Source: a virus | Taxonomy: Duplodnaviria > Caudoviricetes | Virus record (IMG/VR): IMGVR_UViG_3300008255_000446 | Coordinates: 1 to 25,366 of that record | Direction: 5' to 3' (one strand) | DNA: 25,366 nt | Shown here: positions 5,136-13,949 of the stretch, one piece after another | Numbering within the stretch: position 1 is the stretch's first letter | How the letters are laid out: every line of letters begins with the position of its first letter | The notes under the pieces: generated by a model | The model's input: only the letters and a program-made list of their open reading frames with translations | Database searches by the model: none | What the model was told of the DNA's origin: nothing | Program-made: the position numbers and the translations under genes

Positions 5136-7611
5136 GCACACGCTGAAGTCCGCGCTCGCCAACCGCGAGGCGGCGCTCGAGGAGCTGGACCGGATCGAGG
5201 GGCAGGAGTCCCTAATCCGGTTCATCGAAATCATGTGGGACGTGCTCGAGCCCGGCCGCGTGTTCAAGCGCGGCCGCGTTGTCGAGGTCATCTGCGAGCA
5301 CCTGGAAGCGGTGACGCGCGGCGAGATCAAGAAGCTGCTCATCAACGTGCCGCCCGGATGCATGAAGGCCCTTCCGGTCGAGACTCCAATCCTAACGACG
5401 CATGGCTGGACGTGCCACGGCGATCTTCGAGTAGGGGACTTCGTGTTCGGTCTTGATGGCAAGCCCCGTCGAGTCGAAGGCCACAACGAGCCGCGCATGG
5501 AGGAGACCTTCGAGGTTGAGTTCGACGACGGTACGAAGGTGCTCGCTGGAAAGGGCCACCTGTGGGAGGTCGAGCGAGGAAAGAAGGGAAATCCACGGTC
5601 CACCGAGACGGTCACAACGCTCGAGCTCCGTGATGGATCGGAGTCCAGGTGGCAGCTCCCGGACGCGATTCCCATCCCCGGGGCGATTGACCTGCCGCCG
5701 CAGCACATGCTGATCGACCCATACATCCTAGGCGCGTGGCTGGGCGACGGTGACTCGAGAGGCGGGAACATATATGCGGGGTCCACGGACGTTGGAGCTT
5801 TCGAACACCTGGGGGAGAAGTCTCTAGTTAGAGATGCAACTGGACGCAACCGACAGGACTTCTACCGGATCCGGGTAGAGGGGTTGTCCAAGAAGCTGCG
5901 AGTGCTGGACCTGATCCAGAACAAGCGTATCCCGGAGCACTACTTGCGCGGATCCATCAAGCAGCGCATCGCACTGCTTCAAGGGCTGATGGACACGGAT
6001 GGTATGTGCGACAAGGCGTCGCGCTGCATCTTCACGACTAAGTATGCGCATCTGGCGACGGCCGTGGCGCAGCTCGTCGCGTCACTGTCCATGAAGCCCA
6101 CGCAGCGAGAGACGTACTCGGTGTGCGATGGCGAGAGATTCGGACCGTACTACACGGTCGCATTCAGGGCTCCCGACGACGACTTCCAGGTGTTCCGGAT
6201 CGCGCGCAAACAGGATCGAGTCCGGGGGCCAAAGAACGACCGAACTAGGCACCGTTATGTGAAATCTGTGACCTCGGTTGGCGAGAGGCTGGTGAGTTGC
6301 ATCCAGGTCGAAGGCCATGTCTACATCGTCGGTGATCGGTTCGTTCCGACGCACAACTCGCTGACGACGAACGTCTTCTGGCCGGCGTGGGAGTGGATCC
6401 AGCGACCGTCGACGCGCTACGTCTGCTTCTCGTATGCCGAGCACCTGACGATCCGCGACAATCGTAAGTGCAAGCAGCTCATCCGCAGCGAGAAGTTCCA
6501 ACGGCTCTGGGGCGACAGGGTCAAGCTCGATCCCGAGGAGAAGTCGACGGGCAAGTTCGCGACGATGGCGACGGGCTTCAAGATGGCATCATCGGTCTCC
6601 GGCGTGTCGACCGGCGAGCGTGGTGACCGAGTCATCGTCGACGACCCGCACAACGTCAAGGAAGGTGAGTCGGAGGCGAAGCGGACCGAGGCGCTGCTCT
6701 GGTTCACCGAAGCGCTCACCACCCGCGTCAACGACCCGTCGGACTCGGCCTTCGTGGTCATCATGCAGCGGGTCCATGAGCAGGACATCTCTGGGCACAT
6801 CATCGAGCACCTGCGAGGCTCGTGGGATCACATCTGCCTGCCGATGCGGTTCGAGACGGACCATCCCTACGTCTCTCGCACCGCTCTGGGCTTCAAGGAT
6901 TGGCGCACGGAGGATGGCGAGCTGCTCTGGCCCGAGCGCTTCACGCCCGAGGCGCAGGACGAGGCCGAGCTCACCATGCGGTCGGAGGGCGGTGACTACG
7001 CCGTCGCCGGTCAGATGCAGCAGCGTCCTGCGCCTCGTGGTGGCGGCATGTTCAAGCGCGACTGCTTCCAGTTCGTCGACGCGCACGACGTTCCGCGACT
7101 CATGAAGGAGGTCCGGGGCTGGGATCTGGCCGCCACGTCGACGATCCGGGCGCCCTACACTGCCGGCTGCCGGATGGGTGTCGATGCCGAGGGCCGGGTC
7201 TACATCACCGACGCGCGCCGGAAGCAAGGATCGCCGCACGAGGTTGAGCGGCTGATCCGGCTGACCGCCGAGGAGGACGGCAAGCACGTCACGCAAGACC
7301 TGCCCCAGGACCCCGGTCAGAGTGGGAAAGCGCAAAAGGCCGCGCTCGCGCGCCTGCTGCACGGCTATGTCTGCCGCTTCGGCCTCGAGTCCGGATCGAA
7401 GGAGGACCGAGCTCGGCCGTTGGCAGCTCAGGTGGAAGCGGGGAATGTGTTCCTGGTTCGTGGAACGTGGAACTCGGCCTTCCTCGCGGAGGCCGCGTCG
7501 TTCCCCGCCGGCCGGTTCAAGGACCAGGTTGATGCCGCAAGTCGCGCGTATGCGAGACTCGTGACGAAGAAGATAAAGCGCAAGCCCTCAAGTCCAGAGG
7601 TCATTGGCTAA
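5122..7611 (+). CDS. terL: Terminase large subunit, intein-containing
   Basis: LLINVPPGCMK/S Walker A split by the intein, VIVDDPH Walker B, VVIMQRVHEQD, nuclease motifs RGWDLAA and FPAGRFKDQVDA; GGAGG before ATG 5119/5122. Confidence 0.95.
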   Translation: MPNLEHTLKSALANREAALEELDRIEGQESLIRFIEIMWDVLEPGRVFKRGRVVEVICEHLEAVTRGEIKKLLINVPPGCMKALPVETPILTTHGWTCHGDLRVGDFVFGLDGKPRRVEGHNEPRMEETFEVEFDDGTKVLAGKGHLWEVERGKKGNPRSTETVTTLELRDGSESRWQLPDAIPIPGAIDLPPQHMLIDPYILGAWLGDGDSRGGNIYAGSTDVGAFEHLGEKSLVRDATGRNRQDFYRIRVEGLSKKLRVLDLIQNKRIPEHYLRGSIKQRIALLQGLMDTDGMCDKASRCIFTTKYAHLATAVAQLVASLSMKPTQRETYSVCDGERFGPYYTVAFRAPDDDFQVFRIARKQDRVRGPKNDRTRHRYVKSVTSVGERLVSCIQVEGHVYIVGDRFVPTHNSLTTNVFWPAWEWIQRPSTRYVCFSYAEHLTIRDNRKCKQLIRSEKFQRLWGDRVKLDPEEKSTGKFATMATGFKMASSVSGVSTGERGDRVIVDDPHNVKEGESEAKRTEALLWFTEALTTRVNDPSDSAFVVIMQRVHEQDISGHIIEHLRGSWDHICLPMRFETDHPYVSRTALGFKDWRTEDGELLWPERFTPEAQDEAELTMRSEGGDYAVAGQMQQRPAPRGGGMFKRDCFQFVDAHDVPRLMKEVRGWDLAATSTIRAPYTAGCRMGVDAEGRVYITDARRKQGSPHEVERLIRLTAEEDGKHVTQDLPQDPGQSGKAQKAALARLLHGYVCRFGLESGSKEDRARPLAAQVEAGNVFLVRGTWNSAFLAEAASFPAGRFKDQVDAASRAYARLVTKKIKRKPSSPEVIG
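5368..6357 (+). mobile_element. Class 3 intein with LAGLIDADG homing endonuclease (330 aa)
   Basis: Starts ALPVETPILTTHGW and ends FVPTHN/S; block B GHLW, block F VSCIQV; LAGLIDADG blocks PYILGAWLGDG and LLQGLMDTDG; visibly lower GC than the exteins. Confidence 0.93.
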
Positions 7612-7845
7612 TGGGTTATCTCTGTCAGCTTCGGTCATCCGCGGTCTTCGGAGACGAAGGAGAAGATTAGGGAGTCGCAACAGGGGCGAGTCTTCACGGA
7701 GGAGCATCGACGGAAGATGTGCCAGTCGGCCCTTGACAGGTCACCCGTCTCAGATGAAGCTCGGGCCAAGATGTCGGCCGAGGCGAAGAGGAACTGGCAG
7801 GATCCCGCTTATCGTGCGAAGATGGCGGCTAGGAGAACCCCATGA
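7611..7845 (+). pseudogene. Remnant of a GIY-YIG/NUMOD3 homing endonuclease
   Basis: ATG 7611 gives MGYLCQL then an early TAG; the +1 frame reads GHPRSSETKEKIRESQQGRVFTEEHRRKM...SDEARAKMSAEAKRNWQDPAYRAKM to TGA 7845, which overlaps the portal ATG. Confidence 0.7.
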
Positions 7846-9251
7846 CCGAGTTCGGAAATGGCATCTGGGACGAGGCCATCGCGAAGGCGGCACTCGACCC
7901 GACGGCAGGTGAGCGGACCAGCACCCCGCCCACGGGAACGGCCGGTGTCCCCGGCACGCCGATCTACGGCGGCTACGTCGTCGAGTTCGAGGACAACGCG
8001 TCCCTGACCGGCCGAGAGAAGTACCGCACCTACGCGAAGATCCTGGCGAACACGTCGATCGTCGCGGCCGCGGTGCGCTACGCGCAGAACCTCGTGTCGA
8101 ACCCGGGGTGGCGCGCGGAGCCGGCGGACGACTCCGCGGAGGCGCAGCGACTCGCTGACCTCGTGACCGAGATGTTCGGCGACATGCGCACGCCGATGAA
8201 GCGCGTGGTGAAGCGCGCCTTCATGTTCAAGTATTACGGGTTCTCCCTGCAGGAGATCACGATGAAGGTGCGCGAGGATGGCGCGATCGGTGTCGGTGAC
8301 ATCGCGCCCCGCGCGCAGCGCACGATCGAGAAGTGGGATGTCGACGAGCACGGCGAAGTGCTCGGCGTGTGGCAGCAGTCGCCGCAGGATGGGACCGAGC
8401 ACTACATCCCGCGCTTGAAGCTGCTCTACCTGGTCGATGACTCGCTCGACGATAGCCCGGAGGGCCTCGGGCTCTTCCGCCACATCGCGGAGACGAACCG
8501 CCGACTCGAGCGAATGCTGCAGCTCGAGGGCTGGGGCTACGAGACCGACCTGCGCGGCATCCCCATCGGACGTGCGCCGATCGCCGAGCTGGACGAGACA
8601 TGCGACAACGAGGCCGAGAAGACGGCTGCGCTGCAGGCGATCAAGACCTTCATGGACAGCCACATCCGGGGCCCGCAGCTCGGGCTGCTCCTGGACTCGG
8701 AGACGTACGAGACCGAGGATGAGGCGGCGCGTCCGTCGAACATCTACAAGTGGGCGGTCGACCTGCTGAAGGCTCCCGCCGGCACGCAGGCCGAAGTGCT
8801 GCGCTCGATCGACCGGCTGAACCGCGAGATCGCGCGCGTGCTCGGCGTCGAGCAGCTCCTCCTCGGCGACAACGGAGTCGGGTCGTTCGCGATGGCGCGC
8901 GAGAAGTCGCACAACTTCGCGATGATTATCGACTCCGCGATCGACGAGATCCGTGAGGCGCTGACGCGCGACGTCGTGCGGCTCATCTTCCAGCTCAACG
9001 GCTGGGACATGAAGCTGCTGCCCAAGCTCAAGACGGACAAGCTGCAGCACCGCACGGTCGAAGAAGTGACCACGGCGCTGCGCGACCTGGCCGCGGCCGG
9101 CGCGCCCCTTGCGCCCGGCGACCCGGCCGCCGACGAGGTCCGGGACATGATCGGCGTCAGCCGGCAGCCCGAGGACGTCGCCGACCTGATGCTCACCCCG
9201 AGCGACGCCGATCCCGACAACCAGAGTCCCAACGACGGAGACGACCAATGA
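7842..9251 (+). CDS. Portal protein (DUF935/Mu gp29-like)
   Basis: 469 aa directly after terL; YGFSLQEI, DSPEGLGLFR, DLRGIPIG, GSFAMARE, LIFQLNGW; AGGAG RBS. Confidence 0.88.
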   Translation: MTEFGNGIWDEAIAKAALDPTAGERTSTPPTGTAGVPGTPIYGGYVVEFEDNASLTGREKYRTYAKILANTSIVAAAVRYAQNLVSNPGWRAEPADDSAEAQRLADLVTEMFGDMRTPMKRVVKRAFMFKYYGFSLQEITMKVREDGAIGVGDIAPRAQRTIEKWDVDEHGEVLGVWQQSPQDGTEHYIPRLKLLYLVDDSLDDSPEGLGLFRHIAETNRRLERMLQLEGWGYETDLRGIPIGRAPIAELDETCDNEAEKTAALQAIKTFMDSHIRGPQLGLLLDSETYETEDEAARPSNIYKWAVDLLKAPAGTQAEVLRSIDRLNREIARVLGVEQLLLGDNGVGSFAMAREKSHNFAMIIDSAIDEIREALTRDVVRLIFQLNGWDMKLLPKLKTDKLQHRTVEEVTTALRDLAAAGAPLAPGDPAADEVRDMIGVSRQPEDVADLMLTPSDADPDNQSPNDGDDQ

Positions 9252-9682
9252 CCCTGTCCATCGCCAACGCCCAAGCCATCGAGATGTGCGACGCGGCCGT
9301 CGACTCGACCGACCTGGGTACGATCAACACGCAGGCGACGCTCGTGATCTACAGCGGCACGCCGCCTGCGAACGTCGATGCTCCCCTGTCCGGCAACATC
9401 GTCCTGGCCCAGCTCGGCATGAGCAACCCGGCCTTCGGCAGCGCCGTCGACATCTCCCCCGGTGCTCGCGCGACCGCGAACGCGATCAGCGGCGACACCG
9501 ACGCCGACGCCACCGGCACGGCCACGTTCTACCGCATCCTCGACCGCAACAACACGCCGCGGATCCAGGGGGCGTGCGGGACGACGGGATCCGGTGCGGA
9601 GCTCGAGCTGAACAGCGTGAACCTCCAGGCGGGCGCAGCCGTCGAGGTCTCGAGCCTCACGGTCACCATGCCCGAGGCGTGA
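9248..9682 (+). CDS. Virion structural protein (fibre-associated)
   Basis: LVIYSGTPPA...ADATGTATFYRI...ELELNSVNLQAG pattern seen in small phage structural proteins; ATGA coupling to portal. Confidence 0.7.
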   Translation: MTLSIANAQAIEMCDAAVDSTDLGTINTQATLVIYSGTPPANVDAPLSGNIVLAQLGMSNPAFGSAVDISPGARATANAISGDTDADATGTATFYRILDRNNTPRIQGACGTTGSGAELELNSVNLQAGAAVEVSSLTVTMPEA

Positions 9683-9756
9683 GTCGCCCCCGCATCTCGG
9701 CGACCCATCTCCTCGGTCCGCTTCAGCAGGCAGAGCCTCAATCGAGGGGAGGAAGC

Positions 9757-10071
9757 ATGTCCCTACTCACCCGGCTCGTCGATCCGCAGGAAGGCGAGCA
9801 GAAGATCCCGATCCATCAGTTCATGGCGGCCACCGCGGAGTTCGTCCGCGGCGCGCCGGGCGTCAATGCGGACTCGATCGCGGCTGCGTTCAACCTTTCG
9901 GCGTCCGAGAAGTCGGCGCTGACGACGTGGTACATCAACCACGTTCAGACCAAGAACGTCAACCGCGAGGAGATCCACGACGTCCTGCTGCTCGGCGAGT
10001 CGATCAAGCTCGACGCCTCGGGCGAGCACATGTATTCGATGCAGCAGGTGATGAACCGCCTGGGGCTCTGA
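9757..10071 (+). CDS. Hypothetical protein, 104 aa
   Basis: GGAGG RBS before ATG 9757 (MSLLTRLVD...); TGATG overlap with the next gene. Confidence 0.75.
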   Translation: MSLLTRLVDPQEGEQKIPIHQFMAATAEFVRGAPGVNADSIAAAFNLSASEKSALTTWYINHVQTKNVNREEIHDVLLLGESIKLDASGEHMYSMQQVMNRLGL

Positions 10072-12341
10072 TGGTCAGTGCCTACGTCCGTGGAACCACC
10101 GTTGCGGCGGCGGAAGCGCCCGGCACGCAGACCATCACGGTCGCGGGCATGACGCACGTCCAGCCGAAGGCGGCGCGGATCTTCGCGACGTGGGCTGATG
10201 CTTCGACTCCGACCACCGGACGCGACAACGCCCGGTGGTCGGACTACTTCATAGGCACGGACGGCAGCACGGCCGGCAACTCCTTCCAGTCCGCGAACGG
10301 CGTCGGCTTGTCGAATACCGACCGATACGGCGCGGACGACGGCGGCTGCGTCGTCATCCTCGACCCCGCCGGAACCGTGCTCGAGCGCGCGGCGTTCGGC
10401 CAGTGGATCAACGGCGGGATGGAGATCGAGTGGGGTGGCGCGAACAGCAACGGCGTGATCCTGCACGTCGAGTTCTGGTTTGGCGATCGTATTCAAGTGG
10501 CGGTCGGCCAAGACCACGGCGGAGAGGTCGACAGCTCCAAGGACATCGCGATCGGGTTCATGCCCGATCACCTGGAGACCATCTCGCACACCGACAACTA
10601 TAGCGAGAGCGTTGTCCCGACGTGGCATCGACACTGGAGCACGCACATCCGTAACCCTGGTCTGCTCACGGCGACGTCTGACAACTTTCTGCAGGAGATT
10701 GCGGACTCGGCCAGCACGACGCGCACGTCGTCCATCGCGCAGACGACGGGCATCATCATCGCGCAGCAGTTCCGAGGTGGCAACTCATTCATCTTTGGGT
10801 ACGCTACGAACTTCACGACATTCCTGACCGACGGCTTCCGGGTCAACACGACCGGACAGGGACCGGTTGGCATGAATGGGCCGAGCTTCGCGTGGATGGC
10901 GATCAGCTACGGCGGGAACCGGGTGAAGATGCAACGCCGCACCGTGCCGGCTGCGGATGGCATCGAGAAGATCACGGACGTCGGGTTCCGGCCGTGGAGC
11001 GCGACGACTCGCTTCCTGGCCCGCACGAGCAACGGCCAGGACAACAGTGATGCGTCTGGTCAGGCAGGCATCGGCTTCGCCGACGAGGCTGCGGCCTTCA
11101 GCGCGAGCACGAACGAGGCGCATGGAGTCGGCACGTCCGACAACTCGTCGCGCTCGGTGGCGTCGCTCATGTCGCTGCGAAACGCCGCGGACAGCGGCTT
11201 CCTCTATGAGTGCGACGTCGACGAGTGGCATGAGTCGGGCCTGAACCTCGGCTGGTCGAACGTCGATGGTTCGGCCTACTTATGCTCGATCGTCTACTTC
11301 GAGCGCGATCAGATCATCGGCTGCGGCGCCGGCTTCCTGCCGTTGCTCGAGGGTGCGGCTGACGGACTCGTCGGTGTCATCGGATCCGGCGACGGTGTGC
11401 TCCCGCTGCTCGAGGGCGCCGGCACCGGCGCCATGGTCTTCAGCGCGACCGCAAACACCTTCCTGCCGCTACTCGACGGCGCGGGCCTCGGCGCGATGAC
11501 GTTCACCGCGGCGGGCGCCGGCACACTTCCGCTGCTCGAGGCCGAGGGTGCCGCGCTCGTCGGCGTCTTCGGCTCCGGCAACGGCACGCTGCCGATGCTG
11601 CGCGGCTACGGCACGGGGCGACTGCTCTACTACGGGTGCGCGCACGGCCTGCTGCCGAACCTCGAATCGGCCGGCACCGGGACCGTTGAGCTCGACGCCC
11701 ACATGGGAACTGGGGCGGGGGTGCTCCCACTCCTCACCGGCTACGGCACCGGCCGCCAGGTCTACCGGAGCATGTCCGGCTGCACGGTCCTCCCGTTGCT
11801 CGGCGGCGCCGGCATCGGCGCGCAGGTCTTCGCGGCCGCGGGCGACGGCGAGTTCCCGTTGCTCGACGGCGCCGGGGCGGGCCTGCTCGAGTTCCGCGCC
11901 ACCGGACCCGGCGCGCTGCCGCTGCTGACCGGGTCCGGATCTGGTCTCGAGACCTTCCTGGGGTCCGGATCTGGACTCCTCCCCCTCCCCCTGGGCGCGG
12001 GTGACGGGACCGAGACCTTCGCCGCCGCGGGCGCCGGGACGCTGCCCCTCCCCCTGGGCACTGGGGCCGCCCTGGTCGGTGTCATCGGCTCGGGCGCGGG
12101 CGTGCTGCCCCTGCTGACGGGGACCGGCACGGGCGCGACCGACACGCTGCCGTTCGCCTGCGACGTCGAGCTCGATGCCTCTCGGGATCTGGAGGCCAAT
12201 CTGACGGCCTCGCGCGACCTGGAGGCCGACTTGACGGCGTCCCGAGACCAAGAGGCGGAGCTGCCTGCCGGACGAGCCATTGCGGCGAATCTGCTCGGCA
12301 GCTACGATGGGGAGGCGAACTTCCTGGGGAGCTGCGACTGA
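10071..12341 (+). CDS. Putative fibre/appendage protein with Gly-rich repeats, 756 aa
   Basis: S/T/G-rich N-terminal ~410 aa, 13 repeats of ~21 aa (GxGxGxLPLLxGxGxG), then ~10-aa LxASRDLEAx repeats; TGATG-coupled at both ends. Confidence 0.75.
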   Translation: MVSAYVRGTTVAAAEAPGTQTITVAGMTHVQPKAARIFATWADASTPTTGRDNARWSDYFIGTDGSTAGNSFQSANGVGLSNTDRYGADDGGCVVILDPAGTVLERAAFGQWINGGMEIEWGGANSNGVILHVEFWFGDRIQVAVGQDHGGEVDSSKDIAIGFMPDHLETISHTDNYSESVVPTWHRHWSTHIRNPGLLTATSDNFLQEIADSASTTRTSSIAQTTGIIIAQQFRGGNSFIFGYATNFTTFLTDGFRVNTTGQGPVGMNGPSFAWMAISYGGNRVKMQRRTVPAADGIEKITDVGFRPWSATTRFLARTSNGQDNSDASGQAGIGFADEAAAFSASTNEAHGVGTSDNSSRSVASLMSLRNAADSGFLYECDVDEWHESGLNLGWSNVDGSAYLCSIVYFERDQIIGCGAGFLPLLEGAADGLVGVIGSGDGVLPLLEGAGTGAMVFSATANTFLPLLDGAGLGAMTFTAAGAGTLPLLEAEGAALVGVFGSGNGTLPMLRGYGTGRLLYYGCAHGLLPNLESAGTGTVELDAHMGTGAGVLPLLTGYGTGRQVYRSMSGCTVLPLLGGAGIGAQVFAAAGDGEFPLLDGAGAGLLEFRATGPGALPLLTGSGSGLETFLGSGSGLLPLPLGAGDGTETFAAAGAGTLPLPLGTGAALVGVIGSGAGVLPLLTGTGTGATDTLPFACDVELDASRDLEANLTASRDLEADLTASRDQEAELPAGRAIAANLLGSYDGEANFLGSCD

Positions 12342-12724
12342 TGGTAGTAGCGGATCAGACCGACACGATGTACGCCAACAACCGGCGCGTGCTGAAGTTC
12401 ACCGTCACCGACGAGGACAACGGCGGCGCGCTGGACCTGACTGGCCTGGTCGTGAAGTTCGCGCTGGCTCGCTTCGACTCGGAGGGGCAGCCGATCAAGT
12501 CGAATCCGCTCGTCGACAAGCGGAGCGACGTGAGCGCGGAGGTCACGATCACGGACGCTGCCAACGGCCTCGTCGAGGTAGAGCTCGTTACGTCCGACAC
12601 GGCGTCGCTCGCTGACCAGGGCGAGACCGCATACTACTTCGAGCTTGAGGTCTTCGACGGCACCGACCCGGTGGTCGTGGCGACGGGGACGCTGACCATC
12701 CGGAGGAACGTCACGAATGCATAA
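12341..12724 (+). CDS. BppU N-terminal-like Ig-fold structural protein
   Basis: LKFTVTDE..LDLTG.VVKF...ITDAANGLVEVEL..DTASL...YYFELEV...GTLTI. Confidence 0.7.
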   Translation: MVVADQTDTMYANNRRVLKFTVTDEDNGGALDLTGLVVKFALARFDSEGQPIKSNPLVDKRSDVSAEVTITDAANGLVEVELVTSDTASLADQGETAYYFELEVFDGTDPVVVATGTLTIRRNVTNA

Positions 12725-13004
12725 CGGATTCCTCTATCTGGTGACGTCGCCGTCTGGCAAGCGCTATGTCGGGGTGACATCGCTTCCGGTCTCGCGTCGC
12801 TGGAACCGGCATCTTGTCCACGCGGACATGGCCTACCTGTACGAGCTCGAGCCGCGAGCGATCGAGGCGTACGGCACCCGGGCGCCGAGAGGCTACAACC
12901 TGAACGCGGGTGGAGAAGGAGGACAAGCGGGACTCACGGACGAACAGCGACGTGACCATAGCCGTGCCATGAAGGAAGCCTGGAAGAGGAAGAAACATGC
13001 CTAG
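12717..13004 (+). pseudogene. Shortened GIY-YIG endonuclease, probably degenerate
   Basis: GFLYLVTSPSGKRYVGVT..RRWNRH runs straight into LYELEPRAIEAYGT.APRGYNLNAGG; the central segment appears to be missing; one short NUMOD3-like tail. Confidence 0.7.
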
Positions 13005-13575
13005 CACGCCGACTCCGCCGCCCGACGCGAACGCGAACTCGTACTCCGACCTGGCGACGGCGAACACCTATCTCGACGACTCCGTGCGTGCTGGCGCGTG
13101 GGAGTTCCTCGACGATGACACGAAGTCGCGCGCGCTCATCACTGCGACGCGCCTGATCGACAAGCAGTGTCTCGTTGGCGAGCAGACCGATCCGGATCAG
13201 CCGCTCCACTTCCCGGCGACGGGCGTGGTCGACAAGGAGGGCGACGAGGTCCCTGATAACGAGGTCCCCCTCGGCGTGGTCTACGCGACCATCGAGCTTG
13301 CCTACGGACTCTCGCAGAATGAAGCTCTTGAGACCAGCGCGAACACCGGCTCGAACACGAAGCGACTTCGCGCGGGCTCGGCGGAGATCGAGAAGTTCCG
13401 GCCTGGCAGCGCGTCGGGATCCGCGGGAGTCAAGCGCTTCCCGACCATCGTGCAGGAGTACCTCGCGCCCTTCCTCAAGAAGATCGGCGCGAACGGTGCG
13501 ACTGCCTACGGCAGTGACCAGACCTCGCAGTTCGACAACTGCGACACCTACGGCCGCACGGAGGGTTACGCCTGA
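12997..13575 (+). CDS. Head-to-tail adaptor (DnaT-like family)
   Basis: ANSYSDLATANTY...W...KSRALITATRLID...QPLHFP...VP.GVVYATIELA. Confidence 0.75.
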   Translation: MPSTPTPPPDANANSYSDLATANTYLDDSVRAGAWEFLDDDTKSRALITATRLIDKQCLVGEQTDPDQPLHFPATGVVDKEGDEVPDNEVPLGVVYATIELAYGLSQNEALETSANTGSNTKRLRAGSAEIEKFRPGSASGSAGVKRFPTIVQEYLAPFLKKIGANGATAYGSDQTSQFDNCDTYGRTEGYA

Positions 13576-13949
13576 TGGGCAACGAGCTCTTCGGAGAGAA
13601 CGTCGCGGGTGAGCTGGCCGCCGAACTGGGGCCGCTCCTCCTGCCGTTCCGCCTGCTGAAGAAGCAGGTCGGTTCGCGAACCTCCGGCAACCTCGCTGCC
13701 GGCAAGCCGGTCACGTTCCGGCCGTTCTCGTGCCGCGGCATCCTGGAGACATACCAGGGCAGCCGTTTCGGCGAGACCAACATCATTCGTGGCACCCGGG
13801 TCGCCCTCATTCTCGGCGACACGTTGCCCAACGGGGTCGTCCCCGAGCCGGGAGACCGGCTCATCGCAGAGGGATCGACATTCGACATCACCGCGCCGAT
13901 CGAGCGGGATCCTGATGCCGCGACCTACACCTGTCCCATCACCGACTGA
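13575..13949 (+). CDS. Putative head-closure protein
   Basis: 124 aa after the adaptor; IIRGTRVALILG...PEPGDRL...RDPDAATYTC; TGATG coupling. Confidence 0.6.
   Translation: MGNELFGENVAGELAAELGPLLLPFRLLKKQVGSRTSGNLAAGKPVTFRPFSCRGILETYQGSRFGETNIIRGTRVALILGDTLPNGVVPEPGDRLIAEGSTFDITAPIERDPDAATYTCPITD

Noticed and set aside
7604-7912. 102-aa Arg-rich ORF from the track
   Set aside because: It is an off-frame reading of the NUMOD3 remnant and overlaps both terL and portal.
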